Counted from the first letter of the stretch, positions 1 to 12,204 are shown. The stretch is DNA of 64,000 bases from Octopus bimaculoides (GCF_001194135.2 NC_068993.1:11389568-11453567); one strand, 5' to 3'. Notes: generated from the letters alone by a model not told the origin. Translations and numbers: made by a program.

Positions 1-267
1 ATGTGAGTGTGTGTACGTATATGCATTGGTAAAAAAATTATAATAAGCATAATATGCTGTTTATAATATTTGTTCGGTACGCAAGACTCGCCATTGTGGT
101 TGCTTGTGCCATGTGCAATATATTATTTGTTCTGTACATCAAAACCATTAATACAGCCATAAACAATAACTGAACCTCATTACTTGAAGTAGACTTGATG
201 ATGATACGTCTACGCGGAACTCTAAATTGCCCATTAGGAATCGTACATCTAACTGTACCCACAGGAA

Positions 268-401
<134 letters not shown>

Positions 402-837
402 ATATATATATAATAATATAATATACATATTATTTATATACATATATATATATATATATACATAGANNNNNNNNNNNNNNNNNNNNNNNNNNNNNNNNNN
501 NNNNNNNNNNNNNNNNNNNNNNNNNNNNNNNNNNNNNNNNNNNNNNNNNNNNNNNNNNNNNNNNNNNNNNNNNNNNNNNNNNNNNNNNNNNNNNNNNNNN
601 NNNNNNNNNNNNNNNNNNNNNNNNNNNNNNNNNNNNNNNNNNNNNNNNNNNNNNNNNNNNNNNNNNNNNNNNNNNNNNNNNNNNNNNNNNNNNNNNNNNN
701 NNNNNNNNNNNNNNNNNNNNNNNNNNNNNNNNNNNNNNNNNNNNNNNNNNNNNNNNNNNNNNNNNNNNNNNNNNNNNNNNNNNNNNNNNNNNNNNNNNNN
801 NNNNNNNNNNNNNNNNNNNNNNATATATATATATATA

Positions 838-947
838 TACAGGGTGTTCACAAAGTCTGGGTGCATGGGGGATAACACATTCTTTAAGAAATTATTGTTT
901 CTTATATTGAATGTTTTATGTTACCCAGATTTTGTGGGGAACCTGTA
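838..947. mobile_element. Tc1/mariner-type MITE (~106 bp) with TA target duplication
   Basis: Left end TACAGGGTGTTCACAAAGTCTGGGT matches the reverse complement of the right end (TACAGGTTCCCCACAAAATCTGGGT) at 20/25. TA lies on both sides, within a (TA)n tract. Confidence 0.7.
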
Positions 948-1756
948 TATATACATATTTTTCTCTTAAATTTCACTTTATTTTTCTCCGCTGTGATTAC
1001 CTCTACCGCCATTGTTCGTATTTCTTACTACCCGTGCTCCTTTTAGAAATCCACGTCATCACGCTTACTTCGTCGATCTCCCTCTTATTCCCGTTATGTC
1101 TTTATACTGCATGATCTCTTAGCACACTCTCATTTTGTTACCATTTGCAAACGTTATGTATCTTTCTTTGCACCCTTCTTAGCGTAGGAAAAATACCCCT
1201 GAACACTTTACTCTCCGAATAACGATACTTCTCACACCCAGGTACAGGAACGCTGCCATTTCGCTTCTTCCTTTCAACTTTATAAGGTTACTCTTTCACT
1301 CACCTCAGTTTTTTTTTGTTATCATTGTTTTTTTTTCTACTATATTTTCTCGAAAGATGTCACGTTGTTTTCCATTGAATGCCTGACACAAACTAGCTTA
1401 TCACAACATCAAATTACGCATGTGCTGCATGTATTTGACAGCAAACGCGTTCTCTTTTCTCTGTATGTAGTTTTGTGTATTATTGTATTCGTGTGCATTT
1501 CACTTTGCTCTGTGTGGGTCCTTCCGTGCGTGTGTGTGCGTACGTGTGTGTGAGTGCATGTGTGTGTGTGTATAGTGTATGTATGTATATATGCATGGGT
1601 TAGTACAAGAAATCAAAGCAGGAATAAGTAGACAGGGAGAAAGATGAAAAATAAGGATGTTTCCTTTTTGTCGTCATGTCGAGATTGCTGTCTTCACATT
1701 TTTCTGAAAATAAAACCAGAAAATATGTTATTTCTTTATTACCCATTTTCATATTT

Positions 1757-1757
<1 letters not shown>

Positions 1758-1829
<72 letters not shown>

Positions 1830-1926
1830 CAACAACAACAACAACAAAAACAACAACAGGAACAATAACGATAATAATAATAAGAATAAGAAGAACAAGG
1901 AGAACAACAACAACAACAACAACGAC

Positions 1927-1998
<72 letters not shown>

Positions 1999-2199
1999 GG
2001 TGTTCATGAAAGTGGTGATATTTTCTATAACATAGTTTTTATCATTATAAATATTATCATTAATATTAACATTCTTCTTCTTCTGCTTCTTCTTCTACTA
2101 CTACTACTGCTACCACTACTACTAGTACTGCTTGTCTTTCTTTTTCTTATGACGGTAAGTATATTTATCACTATTATCATTCTTACTGTTATTATTAAT

Positions 2200-2269
<70 letters not shown>

Positions 2270-2270
2270 C
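1758..2270. repeat. Compound trinucleotide microsatellite (AAT/AAC/TTC/CTA/ATC)
   Basis: Arrays read directly from the sequence; source of the poly-I/poly-M ORFs. Confidence 0.95.
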
Positions 2271-3081
2271 CATCAAAACTTTCTGGTGCGCGAAAACATG
2301 TATTCATCTTAAGCTGTTCTTACAGCAAAGTACCATGGGAAATTAAATACGTGGTTAGACATAAACGTGTATGTTACTGATTTTGTTTTTCCCGTTCTGT
2401 TACTCGGCAAAATCTATGCGGTGGTTAAATTTAACGGTCCAATATTTCGATGGCCATCAACGATCATTGCTAGTGATATAGGATTCGCTTCAAACAGATG
2501 CTTTATAAAAACACTGAGATAAGGTGAGGAAGATAGTCAGAATGTCGAAGGAATGATAGAGAAAGAAAAGATTTAACTTCAAATATATTTCTAAGTCGCT
2601 GTGAAATTTATTTAGTGATATTTCTATTTTTATTTAAAATACAATAATCACGAGTATACATTAAGAAAAATTCTATATGATCAGAGGCAAAATTATGGTG
2701 TAAATATTCATACGAAAATCTCTCTATCTATCTCTCTATCTATCTATCTATCTATCCATCTATCGACGTAAGCTTAAATAATAAGTTGCTATAGATGAAC
2801 CACGACAGGTGAGCCGTGATATGGCGAGAAATTATTGTATATTCATATATAAATGTAAGATCCAAGGATCGAGGTGTAGGAAGAAGGTTAGCTTTAAGCA
2901 AACCACAAAAAATATAAAGAACAACTTTCAGGTAAAAAAAGGGGTTTATTGAGGTGGAAGATTCTTGATTTTTTTTCCGTATCCGTAAGTTGAAAAAGAT
3001 GTTTTATTTTTCACGTACGGTAGGCACAGTTGCCAGGTATGCGAATAGCATAAAAGAGTTAAGGAATAGAGTAGATAATAT

Positions 3082-3171
3082 CTGGACTACATATGTTTCA
3101 TAGCGAACGGAACTTCGGAAGTAGTGAATATCCAAGCGAGGTGTTTACCGCAGGTTACTCTTCAGGTCAAG
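3082..3171 (-). ncRNA. Type-I hammerhead ribozyme motif, family B (long stem II loop)
   Basis: Minus strand CTTGAC CTGAAGA GTAAC-[49 nt]-GCTAT GAAA C ATAT G T A GTCCAG. Core intact; stem I 5/6; stem II 4/5 with G.U closure; 2-bp stem III with palindromic ATAT loop. Confidence 0.55.
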
Positions 3172-3756
3172 GGTATCTTCATTAAATGAAGTTTATTTTG
3201 TCGTAAGGTACGTCAACGCACGGACGATTCGATCGGAATCGATCGGACGCACACATTTTTAACTCTTGTATATATATATGCATATATTTATGTATATGTA
3301 TGTATATATATATATATATNNNNNNNNNNNNNNNNNNNNNNNNNNNNNNNNNNNNNNNNNNNNNNNNNNNNNNNNNNNNNNNNNNNNNNNNNNNNNNNNN
3401 NNNNNNNNNNNNNNNNNNNNNNNNNNNNNNNNNNNNNNNNNNNNNNNNNNNNNNNNNNNNNNNNNNNNNNNNNNNNNNNNNNNNNNNNNNNNNNNNNNNN
3501 NNNNNNNNNNNNNNNNNNNNNNNNNNNNNNNNNNNNNNNNNNNNNNNNNNNNNNNNNNNNNNNNNNNNNNNNNNNNNNNNNNNNNNNNNNNNNNNNNNNN
3601 NNNNNNNNNNNNNNNNNNNNNNNNNNNNNNNNNNNNNNNNNNNNNNNNNNNNNNNNNNNNNNNNNNNNNNNNNNNNNNNNNNNNNNNNNNNNNNNNNNNN
3701 NNNNNNNNNNNNTATGTATATATATATATGTATATATATATATATAGTTAAATACA

Positions 3757-3797
<41 letters not shown>

Positions 3798-4165
3798 ACA
3801 CACACACACATATATATATATTTATTTATATGTGCGTGTGCACGTGTGTACATATATATGTATAAATATTCTACGGTTTATGATTCACATGAAAATTTCC
3901 GCAGAACTGAGCACATAATATTCTTACGTAATAAGTCTCGCTCATGGAACATTCCTGTAGGATATTTCTCATTTTTTTCCTCCATAAATCCAGGTAGAGC
4001 AAAGAATTTATCATATTGACACACATACACACACACACATACACACACACATGCACACACGTATACACACATATATGTATGGATGCATGTGTGTGTGTAT
4101 ATATATATACATAAGAAATGTCTTGCCTTCATCAGTGGAATATACGCAGATATCATATAAATACA

Positions 4166-4213
<48 letters not shown>

Positions 4214-4739
4214 NNNNNNNNNNNNNNNNNNNNNNNNNNNNNNNNNNNNNNNNNNNNNNNNNNNNNNNNNNNNNNNNNNNNNNNNNNNNNNNNNNNNNNN
4301 NNNNNNNNNNNNNNNNNNNNNNNNNNNNNNNNNNNNNNNNNNNNNNNNNNNNNNNNNNNNNNNNNNNNNNNNNNNNNNNNNNNNNNNNNNNNNNNNNNNN
4401 NNNNNNNNNNNNNNNNNNNNNNNNNNNNNNNNNNNNNNNNNNNNNNNNNNNNNNNNNNNNNNNNNNNNNNNNNNNNNNNNNNNNNNNNNNNNNNNNNNNN
4501 NNNNNNNNNNNNNNNNNNNNNNNNNNNNNNNNNNNNNNNNNNNNNNNNNNNNNNNNNNNNNNNNNNNNNNNNNNNNNNNNNNNNNNNNNNNNNNNNNNNN
4601 NNNNNNNNNNNNNNNNNNNNNNNNNNNNNTATATATATATATATATATATATATTAACAATATTTTATATGCTTAAGGCTTATAAGCGATCACCTTGCAA
4701 CATTGGATTTTCTTCCTCCGTATAAGCGATCACCTTGAT

Positions 4740-5300
4740 TTGCTATTGTTGAAGTCTTGCTGAAATCAATTATTATTTCGTTTTCACACTTTAACAGATG
4801 TACAGTCTGTATTTACTGTTTCTCTTTGCTTAACAGAAGCTTCATAGCTCATTTTCAGATGCATATATCTCTTCATTCTTACTTTAGTGACTCTCCAAGA
4901 AACAACCTTGTTCTGTATATCATTGGTAGTATTTTCTGTTTCATCTTTCCTTCTCTGAAGATCTAATAACTTCAGATTCCTTCGATCATTAATATTTGTA
5001 CTGCTTCTACAATTTACTCATTGTTACTCTTAACAGTCTTCCAGAAATGTAGATCCATAAATTTTATTGTAGATAGAGAAAAAATGGATTTTCTTCCTCC
5101 GTATCTAGTGGATTTCAGAATACCTTTCCTATTTCACCAAGAAATTTTAATACGTTAGTATGGGATTCTGTTTACTTTAGATGTATATGTATCGCAAACA
5201 ACACATCGCATAATGCAGCTATTGGAGTTGTAATTAAACCTATATACAAACATCTTTTGGTTTAAACATCACACGGAATCACTTGTAAAACTCTGTTTGA
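4740..5300 (-). mobile_element. Possible highly decayed LINE RT relic
   Basis: Minus-strand peptides ASENEL and K-T-K..IIIDFSK resemble the RT C-terminal motif KTKEMIIDFRK; many stops and frameshifts. Confidence 0.25.
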
Positions 5301-5694
5301 CAGATACATGAAAGGGATCTTCTTGATATTTTAAATAGTTTCTGAATCATTTTCTACACTCATGCGAATATACACACAATGTAAATGCAAGTACAAATGG
5401 AAACGTATGTATAGACATACACAGTCATCCGTATGCATGGAACTACATAGAAGCACACACACACACAAGCATGCACGAATTTACATACATAAACAATTTA
5501 CATACACTGATCTTTGAAGACAGTAACTAAATTTATTCCATCCCGTTTGAAAATGCTCCCCAGAGCAAGATTAGCCTCTGCACACACGAAAAGGTACCCA
5601 AAAGAAACCGGATTTATGCAATAACATTTTACTCATTTTGTTTTATATGTTTACATATTTATCAACTGCAAAGTATTGTCCATTTGGCGCAATG

Positions 5695-5744
5695 CCTCGG
5701 TCGAGATTACTAGCCCGCGCTCTTAACCACTACGCCATATGCTC
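5695..5744 (-). mobile_element. Inverted, truncated copy of the tRNA-like head
   Basis: 5712-5744 reverse complement matches 5746-5778 at 30/33. Confidence 0.8.
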
Positions 5745-5745
5745 G

Positions 5746-6010
5746 GAGCATATGGTGTAGTGGTTAAGAACGCAGGCTACTAACCCCAAAACTCGGAGTT
5801 TGATTCCAGGCAGTGACCTGAATAATAATAATAATAATGATAATAATAACAACAACAACAACAACAAAACATCGAAAAACACCTTAGGAATGAGAATCCA
5901 GATTTGAAATTTCCCGAAGACACCTGATGAAGGCTGGAGGGTATATCAACCGAAATGTTGTGCTAACAACAAGTAAGCCGAGGACAGATATCGGTCAGAT
6001 GTAAATAATG
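5746..6010 (+). mobile_element. tRNA-headed element with internal (AAT)n(AAC)n and a 3' hammerhead module
   Basis: A box TGGTGTAGTGG, B box GTTTGATTCC and tRNA-Ser-like GTGGTTAAG..GGCTACTAACCC. The 3' module (ACCTTAGGAATGAGAA...GTAAATAATG) aligns to 46795-46930. Confidence 0.7.
5919..5964 (+). ncRNA. Minimal type-I hammerhead, family A, decayed copy
   Basis: GACAC CTGATGA A GGCTG GAGGGTATAT CAACC GAAA TGTT GTGCT: core intact, single substitutions in stems I, II and III relative to the 46.8 kb copy. Confidence 0.6.
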
Positions 6011-6109
6011 GAAAAATAGAAATTGAAACTGCACCGAGAATAGTTTAAATACATTTTATTAATATATTTGACGCTTTAAACAGTTTCGCAGTTTAAACTG
6101 ATTTTCAAA

Positions 6110-6350
6110 ATCTTCAAACAGAAGGACGTGGCTTATGTCGCAGCTGTCTTGCTTCTGACAAGTGTTTGAAATTTGCCCTATTTTGGTAGGGAGTTCATGG
6201 CTCCATTTAGTATATGTTTGGAATAGGATTTGATTGATAGAGGATAGTTACATGACTGGTCTTACAAATGTTTGTAGGTTCCTTGCTATGTCTGTCCGTG
6301 TGTTAGTATCAAGTGACAATGTTTGGTGTCTTAAGTAAAGGCTGACACGG
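6110..6350 (-). mobile_element. Possible LINE ORF2 C-terminal relic
   Basis: Minus-strand NLQTFVRPVM resembles the post-RT motif Y.TFVRP.LEY; otherwise disrupted. Confidence 0.3.
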
Positions 6351-6352
6351 TT

Positions 6353-6438
6353 GACTGAATATGTCCAACCAATCAATGCTTCTGGATGTTTTCTGACATA
6401 AATCATTCAGAGCATTGATTGGTTGGACATATTCAGTC
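6353..6438. repeat. Perfect 28-bp inverted repeat with 30-nt partly paired spacer
   Basis: GACTGAATATGTCCAACCAATCAATGCT (6353-6380) is the exact reverse complement of 6411-6438. Confidence 0.95.
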
Positions 6439-6917
6439 TTATACATGCCTATATATATANNNNNNNNNNNNNNNNNNNNNNNNNNNNNNNNNNNNNNNNN
6501 NNNNNNNNNNNNNNNNNNNNNNNNNNNNNNNNNNNNNNNNNNNNNNNNNNNNNNNNNNNNNNNNNNNNNNNNNNNNNNNNNNNNNNNNNNNNNNNNNNNN
6601 NNNNNNNNNNNNNNNNNNNNNNNNNNNNNNNNNNNNNNNNNNNNNNNNNNNNNNNNNNNNNNNNNNNNNNNNNNNNNNNNNNNNNNNNNNNNNNNNNNNN
6701 NNNNNNNNNNNNNNNNNNNNNNNNNNNNNNNNNNNNNNNNNNNNNNNNNNNNNNNNNNNNNNNNNNNNNNNNNNNNNNNNNNNNNNNNNNNNNNNNNNNN
6801 NNNNNNNNNNNNNNNNNNNNNNNNNNNNNNNNNNNNNNNNNNNNNNNNNNNNNNNNNNNNNNNNNNNNNNNNNNNNNNNNNNNNNNNNNNNNNNNNNNNN
6901 NNNNNNNNNNNNNNNNN

Positions 6918-6998
<81 letters not shown>

Positions 6999-7626
6999 AA
7001 TCTATCTATCTGTCTATCTATATAAATATATACATATATGTGTGTGTTTGTGTTTGTGTGTGTGTGTATGTATGTATGCATGTATGTATGTATAAGTTTA
7101 CTCAGATATGAATTGGTATTCTGGAAGGCATGAGCAGAAAGCTACGGCAAAATAACTCCCAACGCAGTTGAGAGGGGCATGTGGTACCCGAACATGGCTG
7201 CATGTGTTTACATTTTAAGCTGCTACAACGAACCAATGACAATGTTTCACACAAATAAATCCCAGCAACTATCGAAAAATTTGTGTGCGTTTACATTTGG
7301 AAGTATTCTCTTTCCACATTACCTTTCCAAACAATGCTTGTAACATACACAAAGCTTGTTTGTCTTGTCGATATATATTACTTGAGAAACCTCTAGGGAA
7401 TACATATTCATATGTATTAAAGCAAAAGTTCTCAATACCGGTGGAAAATGTGAATGAAAAATATATCTCCAGAGGTTGTTAGGGGTTTCTTCGGTACATG
7501 TTTACATGCATTATACGGTTACATTCAATATAATCCTTAAGAATGCTATGTTATATATATATATATATATATATATATGCAGATATATATATGAGTATAT
7601 GAGTGTATGCATGGGTAAATATTGTG

Positions 7627-7657
<31 letters not shown>

Positions 7658-8634
7658 NNNNNNNNNNNNNNNNNNNNNNNNNNNNNNNNNNNNNNNNNNN
7701 NNNNNNNNNNNNNNNNNNNNNNNNNNNNNNNNNNNNNNNNNNNNNNNNNNNNNNNNNNNNNNNNNNNNNNNNNNNNNNNNNNNNNNNNNNNNNNNNNNNN
7801 NNNNNNNNNNNNNNNNNNNNNNNNNNNNNNNNNNNNNNNNNNNNNNNNNNNNNNNNNNNNNNNNNNNNNNNNNNNNNNNNNNNNNNNNNNNNNNNNNNNN
7901 NNNNNNNNNNNNNNNNNNNNNNNNNNNNNNNNNNNNNNNNNNNNNNNNNNNNNNNNNNNNNNNNNNNNNNNNNNNNNNNNNNNNNNNNNNNNNNNNNNNN
8001 NNNNNNNNNNNNNNNNNNNNNNNNNNNNNNNNNNNNNNNNNNNNNNNNNNNNNNNNNNNNNNNNNNNNNNNNNNNNNNNNNNNNNNNNNNNNNNNNNNNN
8101 NACAGATAAACGTATGCATATGTCATTTTATTTCATTCTGCCTTAATAAATACTGGGTTTGTTTTTCTTTTATTTCTAGTTTGCAGATGAGTTAAAATCC
8201 TAGATCTCAAACGCAAAAGATTGTTTGAGTGTCAGATAAAATGCCATAAGTTTTAATATTCAACACTGTATGTTCCGAGTTCAAATGACTCTGAGGCCAG
8301 TTGTGCATAATATTTTTTTCTGTTCTCGATCAAATATTGTGACAGTCAAGGAATGCGATTGGTATCTTTGATTATTCCTGTCACCAAAATCCTTAAAGTT
8401 GGTCCAGCATAAGAAATTATACACACACGCAGGTATGCACGCGACCACACACACACATATACACACACACACACATGCACACACAAACACACAGAGTTAA
8501 ATATACATCAATATAATGAGATCCAATCGGTCGAGGTCAACTGCTGGTTAGTATATACAAGACTTGTAAGCTTTACTCTAGTGAAACAATAATCGCTCAA
8601 TAAAAACTTACTAATCAATATGTCAGATACACGA

Positions 8635-8845
8635 AGGCGGTGAGCTAGCAGAATCACTACAATGCTGTATAAAATACTTAGTGGTATTCCGACAGTCTTT
8701 ACGTTCTGGGTTCAAATTCCGTCGAGGCCGACTTTGCTTTCCATCCTTTCGATAAAATAAATACCAGCTAAGCACTAACGTCTATTTAATCAACTTATCC
8801 GCTTCCCGGAACTTGCTGGCCTTGTGACAGAATTTGAAATTTTTG
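8635..8845 (+). mobile_element. SINE family S1 (GGCGGTGAGCTGGCAGAATC... type)
   Basis: Head GGCGGTGAGCTAGCAGAATC, B-box-like GGTTCAAATTCC and GAGGCCGACTTTGC; aligns to copies at 22.4, 30.7 and 43.2 kb. Confidence 0.85.
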
Positions 8846-9252
8846 TATATCAGATATACTTAGTCTGGTATCAACATTAAAAAGTAACCCTGTGTGTGTG
8901 TGTGTGTGTGTGTGTAGACAATATATATATATATATGTGTGTGTATATATTAGTGTACGTACTTATGTATATATGTATATTTCTTGAACCTTGCTTGGGA
9001 AAAAATTGCAAGTTTCTTTTCCTCATATATTTGTTTTAACAGGATAACTTGTTGAGCCATGGTGATATTTCCCATTGAGTGTGAGATAGACTGCAGCCGT
9101 GATCTTTATATGTATATACTGCTAGTGAACATATATACTGCTAGTGAACACAGTGAACATAGTCAGAACAGAGTCTCACACTGTTGACAAACCCCATACA
9201 AAACATCAAAGAAAAACCTTCCTGCAACTGAATCTAATTAATTCTGTTTTAC

Positions 9253-9495
9253 CATTCTCCCTATAGACATAGATGTGCAGATAATCAAGGGTGAACGGCG
9301 ATTCATTCGAACTCTCTAGCCAGAGAAAGTACTCCAGATATATGAACAATACAGCGATTCCAACAACTAATCTCAAATACACTAAAAGGAAATTAACACT
9401 TTCGATGTCTTGAAGTGAAAGTGGGCTCACGGTTTTAGTGTATCTTTCTTCATTGATGCAAGTGTAATTACCATACATAGCTTCCATTTTATTTC
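9253..9495 (-). CDS. Candidate coding exon with one transmembrane segment (iGluR/IR M4-like or Ig-TM-like; unresolved)
   Basis: TTTAG|...G|GTAAAA, 243 nt, phase 1-1, stop-free: (G)NKMEAMYGNYTCINEERYTKTVSPLSLQDIESVNFLLVYLRLVVGIAVLFIYLEYFLWLESSNESPFTLDYLHIYVYREN. No partner exons found. Confidence 0.3.
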
Positions 9496-11027
9496 CTAAA
9501 TATGCGAAAGCTTGTTTACTTTCTGTTCCTGTATAATTTATTATAAATTGCGTAAGACATCTTCAGTTTCAATTGATAACAATTCTATTTCAATTTACGC
9601 AATTTAGTGTTTCAGGTAAATATCAGGAAAAAGGTCATCACAACCGTAGTTTCCTAGATATGTCATTGCATCTTATTATTAGTTTCTATGCATGTACATC
9701 GGATCGCCTGAAAATGAAAACAAATTATCGCAAACAGTTGCACGTTGAGTCAACCAGAGATTCTTAAACTTATACAGGACCTGCTAGGGATAAGCAACTT
9801 CCAAATGCAAATCACATCCTACTGTCTAACAAAAAGGTATATATAAGCACAGAAATTAGAATGGGACTCGCATATATATATGGAAATGTACACACACATA
9901 TACACACGCACATGAATATGTGCGTTGATATGTCAGTCCGTGTGTATATATACAGAATATATATAGGGGTAATTCACAAAAAAAAAAACAAAAAAACATC
10001 AGACGAAGACGGCTGGTGTAGAAAAGAAATAGATGTATTAGTATAACGCTCGGGAATTGACGTTTCAAGCCTACGCTCTTCCACAGAAAGGTACACAGAA
10101 AGAAACAAGGAGAGAAAAATGTGTGTAGTGGTTAGCGATTTATGTTTGATTTTGTGTGAATTTATAACCAACATCAAATGCACATTAAAGCTTAAAGATT
10201 AGACTATACTTTAATACATATTTATTAATTTTAACAATTTTCTAGATTAATTATTCGAAGCTAAACATTGACAGTGACCTGATAACGCTGTCAGTCTTTT
10301 CCTGTCTAAATTACCTATGTATGCAATAATGTCTGTATGCATGTATGCATGTATGCTTTTGTGTACTTATGCGTGTGCGTATATATGTGTGTATGTGTGT
10401 GTATGCGTATATGTATGCATATATGTATGTATGTATGTATGGATGGATGGATGCATGATTTTTTGTATGCATATATGTATATATATATGTATGAATGCAT
10501 GAATACATATGTGTATGTGTGTATGTATATGAGTACATAATATATACATACACACACATTTATATATTTGTTTGTTTGTATGTGTCTGTGTGTGCGTATA
10601 TGTATGTATGTGTACAGGCACACACCTGTTTTTCTTTGTTATCCCTCCGACAATTTTTCTTTGCCTAAACCTTCATTCAGAAGTAGAGGGTATACGCGAA
10701 ATATTTTCCGTCAGCATTTCCCTATTTCCTGTGCATGAACTGAATACACTCTGTCTTTCGCACTTCTCTTTTATTTTATATCCTTTTAAAACACATATAA
10801 TGATAGCCCTTATTAAAATCTTTGTATAATTTTGATGCATGTACCATGGTTTTGAAGCGATTCTAGAACTGGATTTAGTGAAAATATCCCGAAGTGCCGA
10901 ATGTGGAAGGAAACAATTTCACCAACACTCAGCTGGTACCGTGACTCATAAATCTTAAGCTGTTCCCAAGAATACAATGCACCACGTATCGAAAGCTCAA
11001 CTTCATGGCCGTTAACCATAATAACTA

Positions 11028-11058
<31 letters not shown>

Positions 11059-11347
11059 CTGTTTGTATGTATTTATATATGTATGTATATATGTATGTAT
11101 GTATATATGTATGAATGTATGTATGTATGGATGCATGTATGTAACTATATAAATGCATGAGTATGTATGCATGTACATGTGAGAGTGTGTATGTATCTAT
11201 ATGTATATACGTGTAAATACTATTTTACAAGCATACCTAGTTACATAGATACATATATACTAAACAAATACATACACACGCACCCCCGAACCACCCGAAC
11301 TCCCTGCACACACATATATATATGTCTACACACGCATGCACACACAG

Positions 11348-11448
<101 letters not shown>

Positions 11449-12204
11449 TGTGTGTACTAAACATATTTATACATTGGTATTTCGTTTTTTTAGATGTAAT
11501 AGCAGTTTCGTATATCATTGTTTATTTTAGACACAAAAATAATCTTCATACCTTCTGGGTATGAAGAAAATTACATTGGGATTCCCTCTTTCTCTCTTTC
11601 TTTCTCTCTCTCTGCTTCTCTGTCACATCCAGGAACACTCTTATACACACTCACACACTCTTTTATACACACATATACACACATACACACATGAGGATAT
11701 AAAAACACGAATTTTGAAAATATGTTCTTGACTGTGGGAAAATGAGAATACAAATACTTAATTACTTTCTAATGAAGAATGGAAATGACTCCGGGGTATC
11801 GAGTGGAATTTACTCTTTTATTTTTATTTTTAGCCATTAGTTGTTGGCTCCCTTATTTTTGCTGCGTTCTTCTATGTTTATATACTTTCAAAATTCTCAG
11901 ATATAACTTATTTTTCAGAAATTTTGTATCCATCCTCAACAAAATCGTCAGCAGATAAATAAATAAATAAATAAATGAATAAATAAATACGATAACGGCA
12001 GCACATAGTGATTTGTGACGCCACATCGAACGTTGTAGTTTTGTATTAATATATTCTGATGGTAATTGCAGAAATAGTTCCCCAAACAACGGTGATCATC
12101 TGATATTATTAGGGATAAAAGATGAATACAGAAGACTTCTATGTAAATTTGAAGGTATTTCGATGGTTATCCTAATCCTCCCCAACTCCTCCTCGTCCCC
12201 CACC

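Noticed and set aside
990-1300. Minus-strand FLYLG suggesting an RTE RT relic
   Set aside because: A single short motif with no further support.
7100-7230. Minus-strand CSCLPEYQF, EGF-like
   Set aside because: Cys spacing does not fit EGF and there is a stop close upstream.
10060-10095. Minus-strand GAAGAGCGTAGGCTTGAAACGTC
   Set aside because: It resembles a minimal hammerhead, but C3-U4 of the core is absent and there is no stem I.
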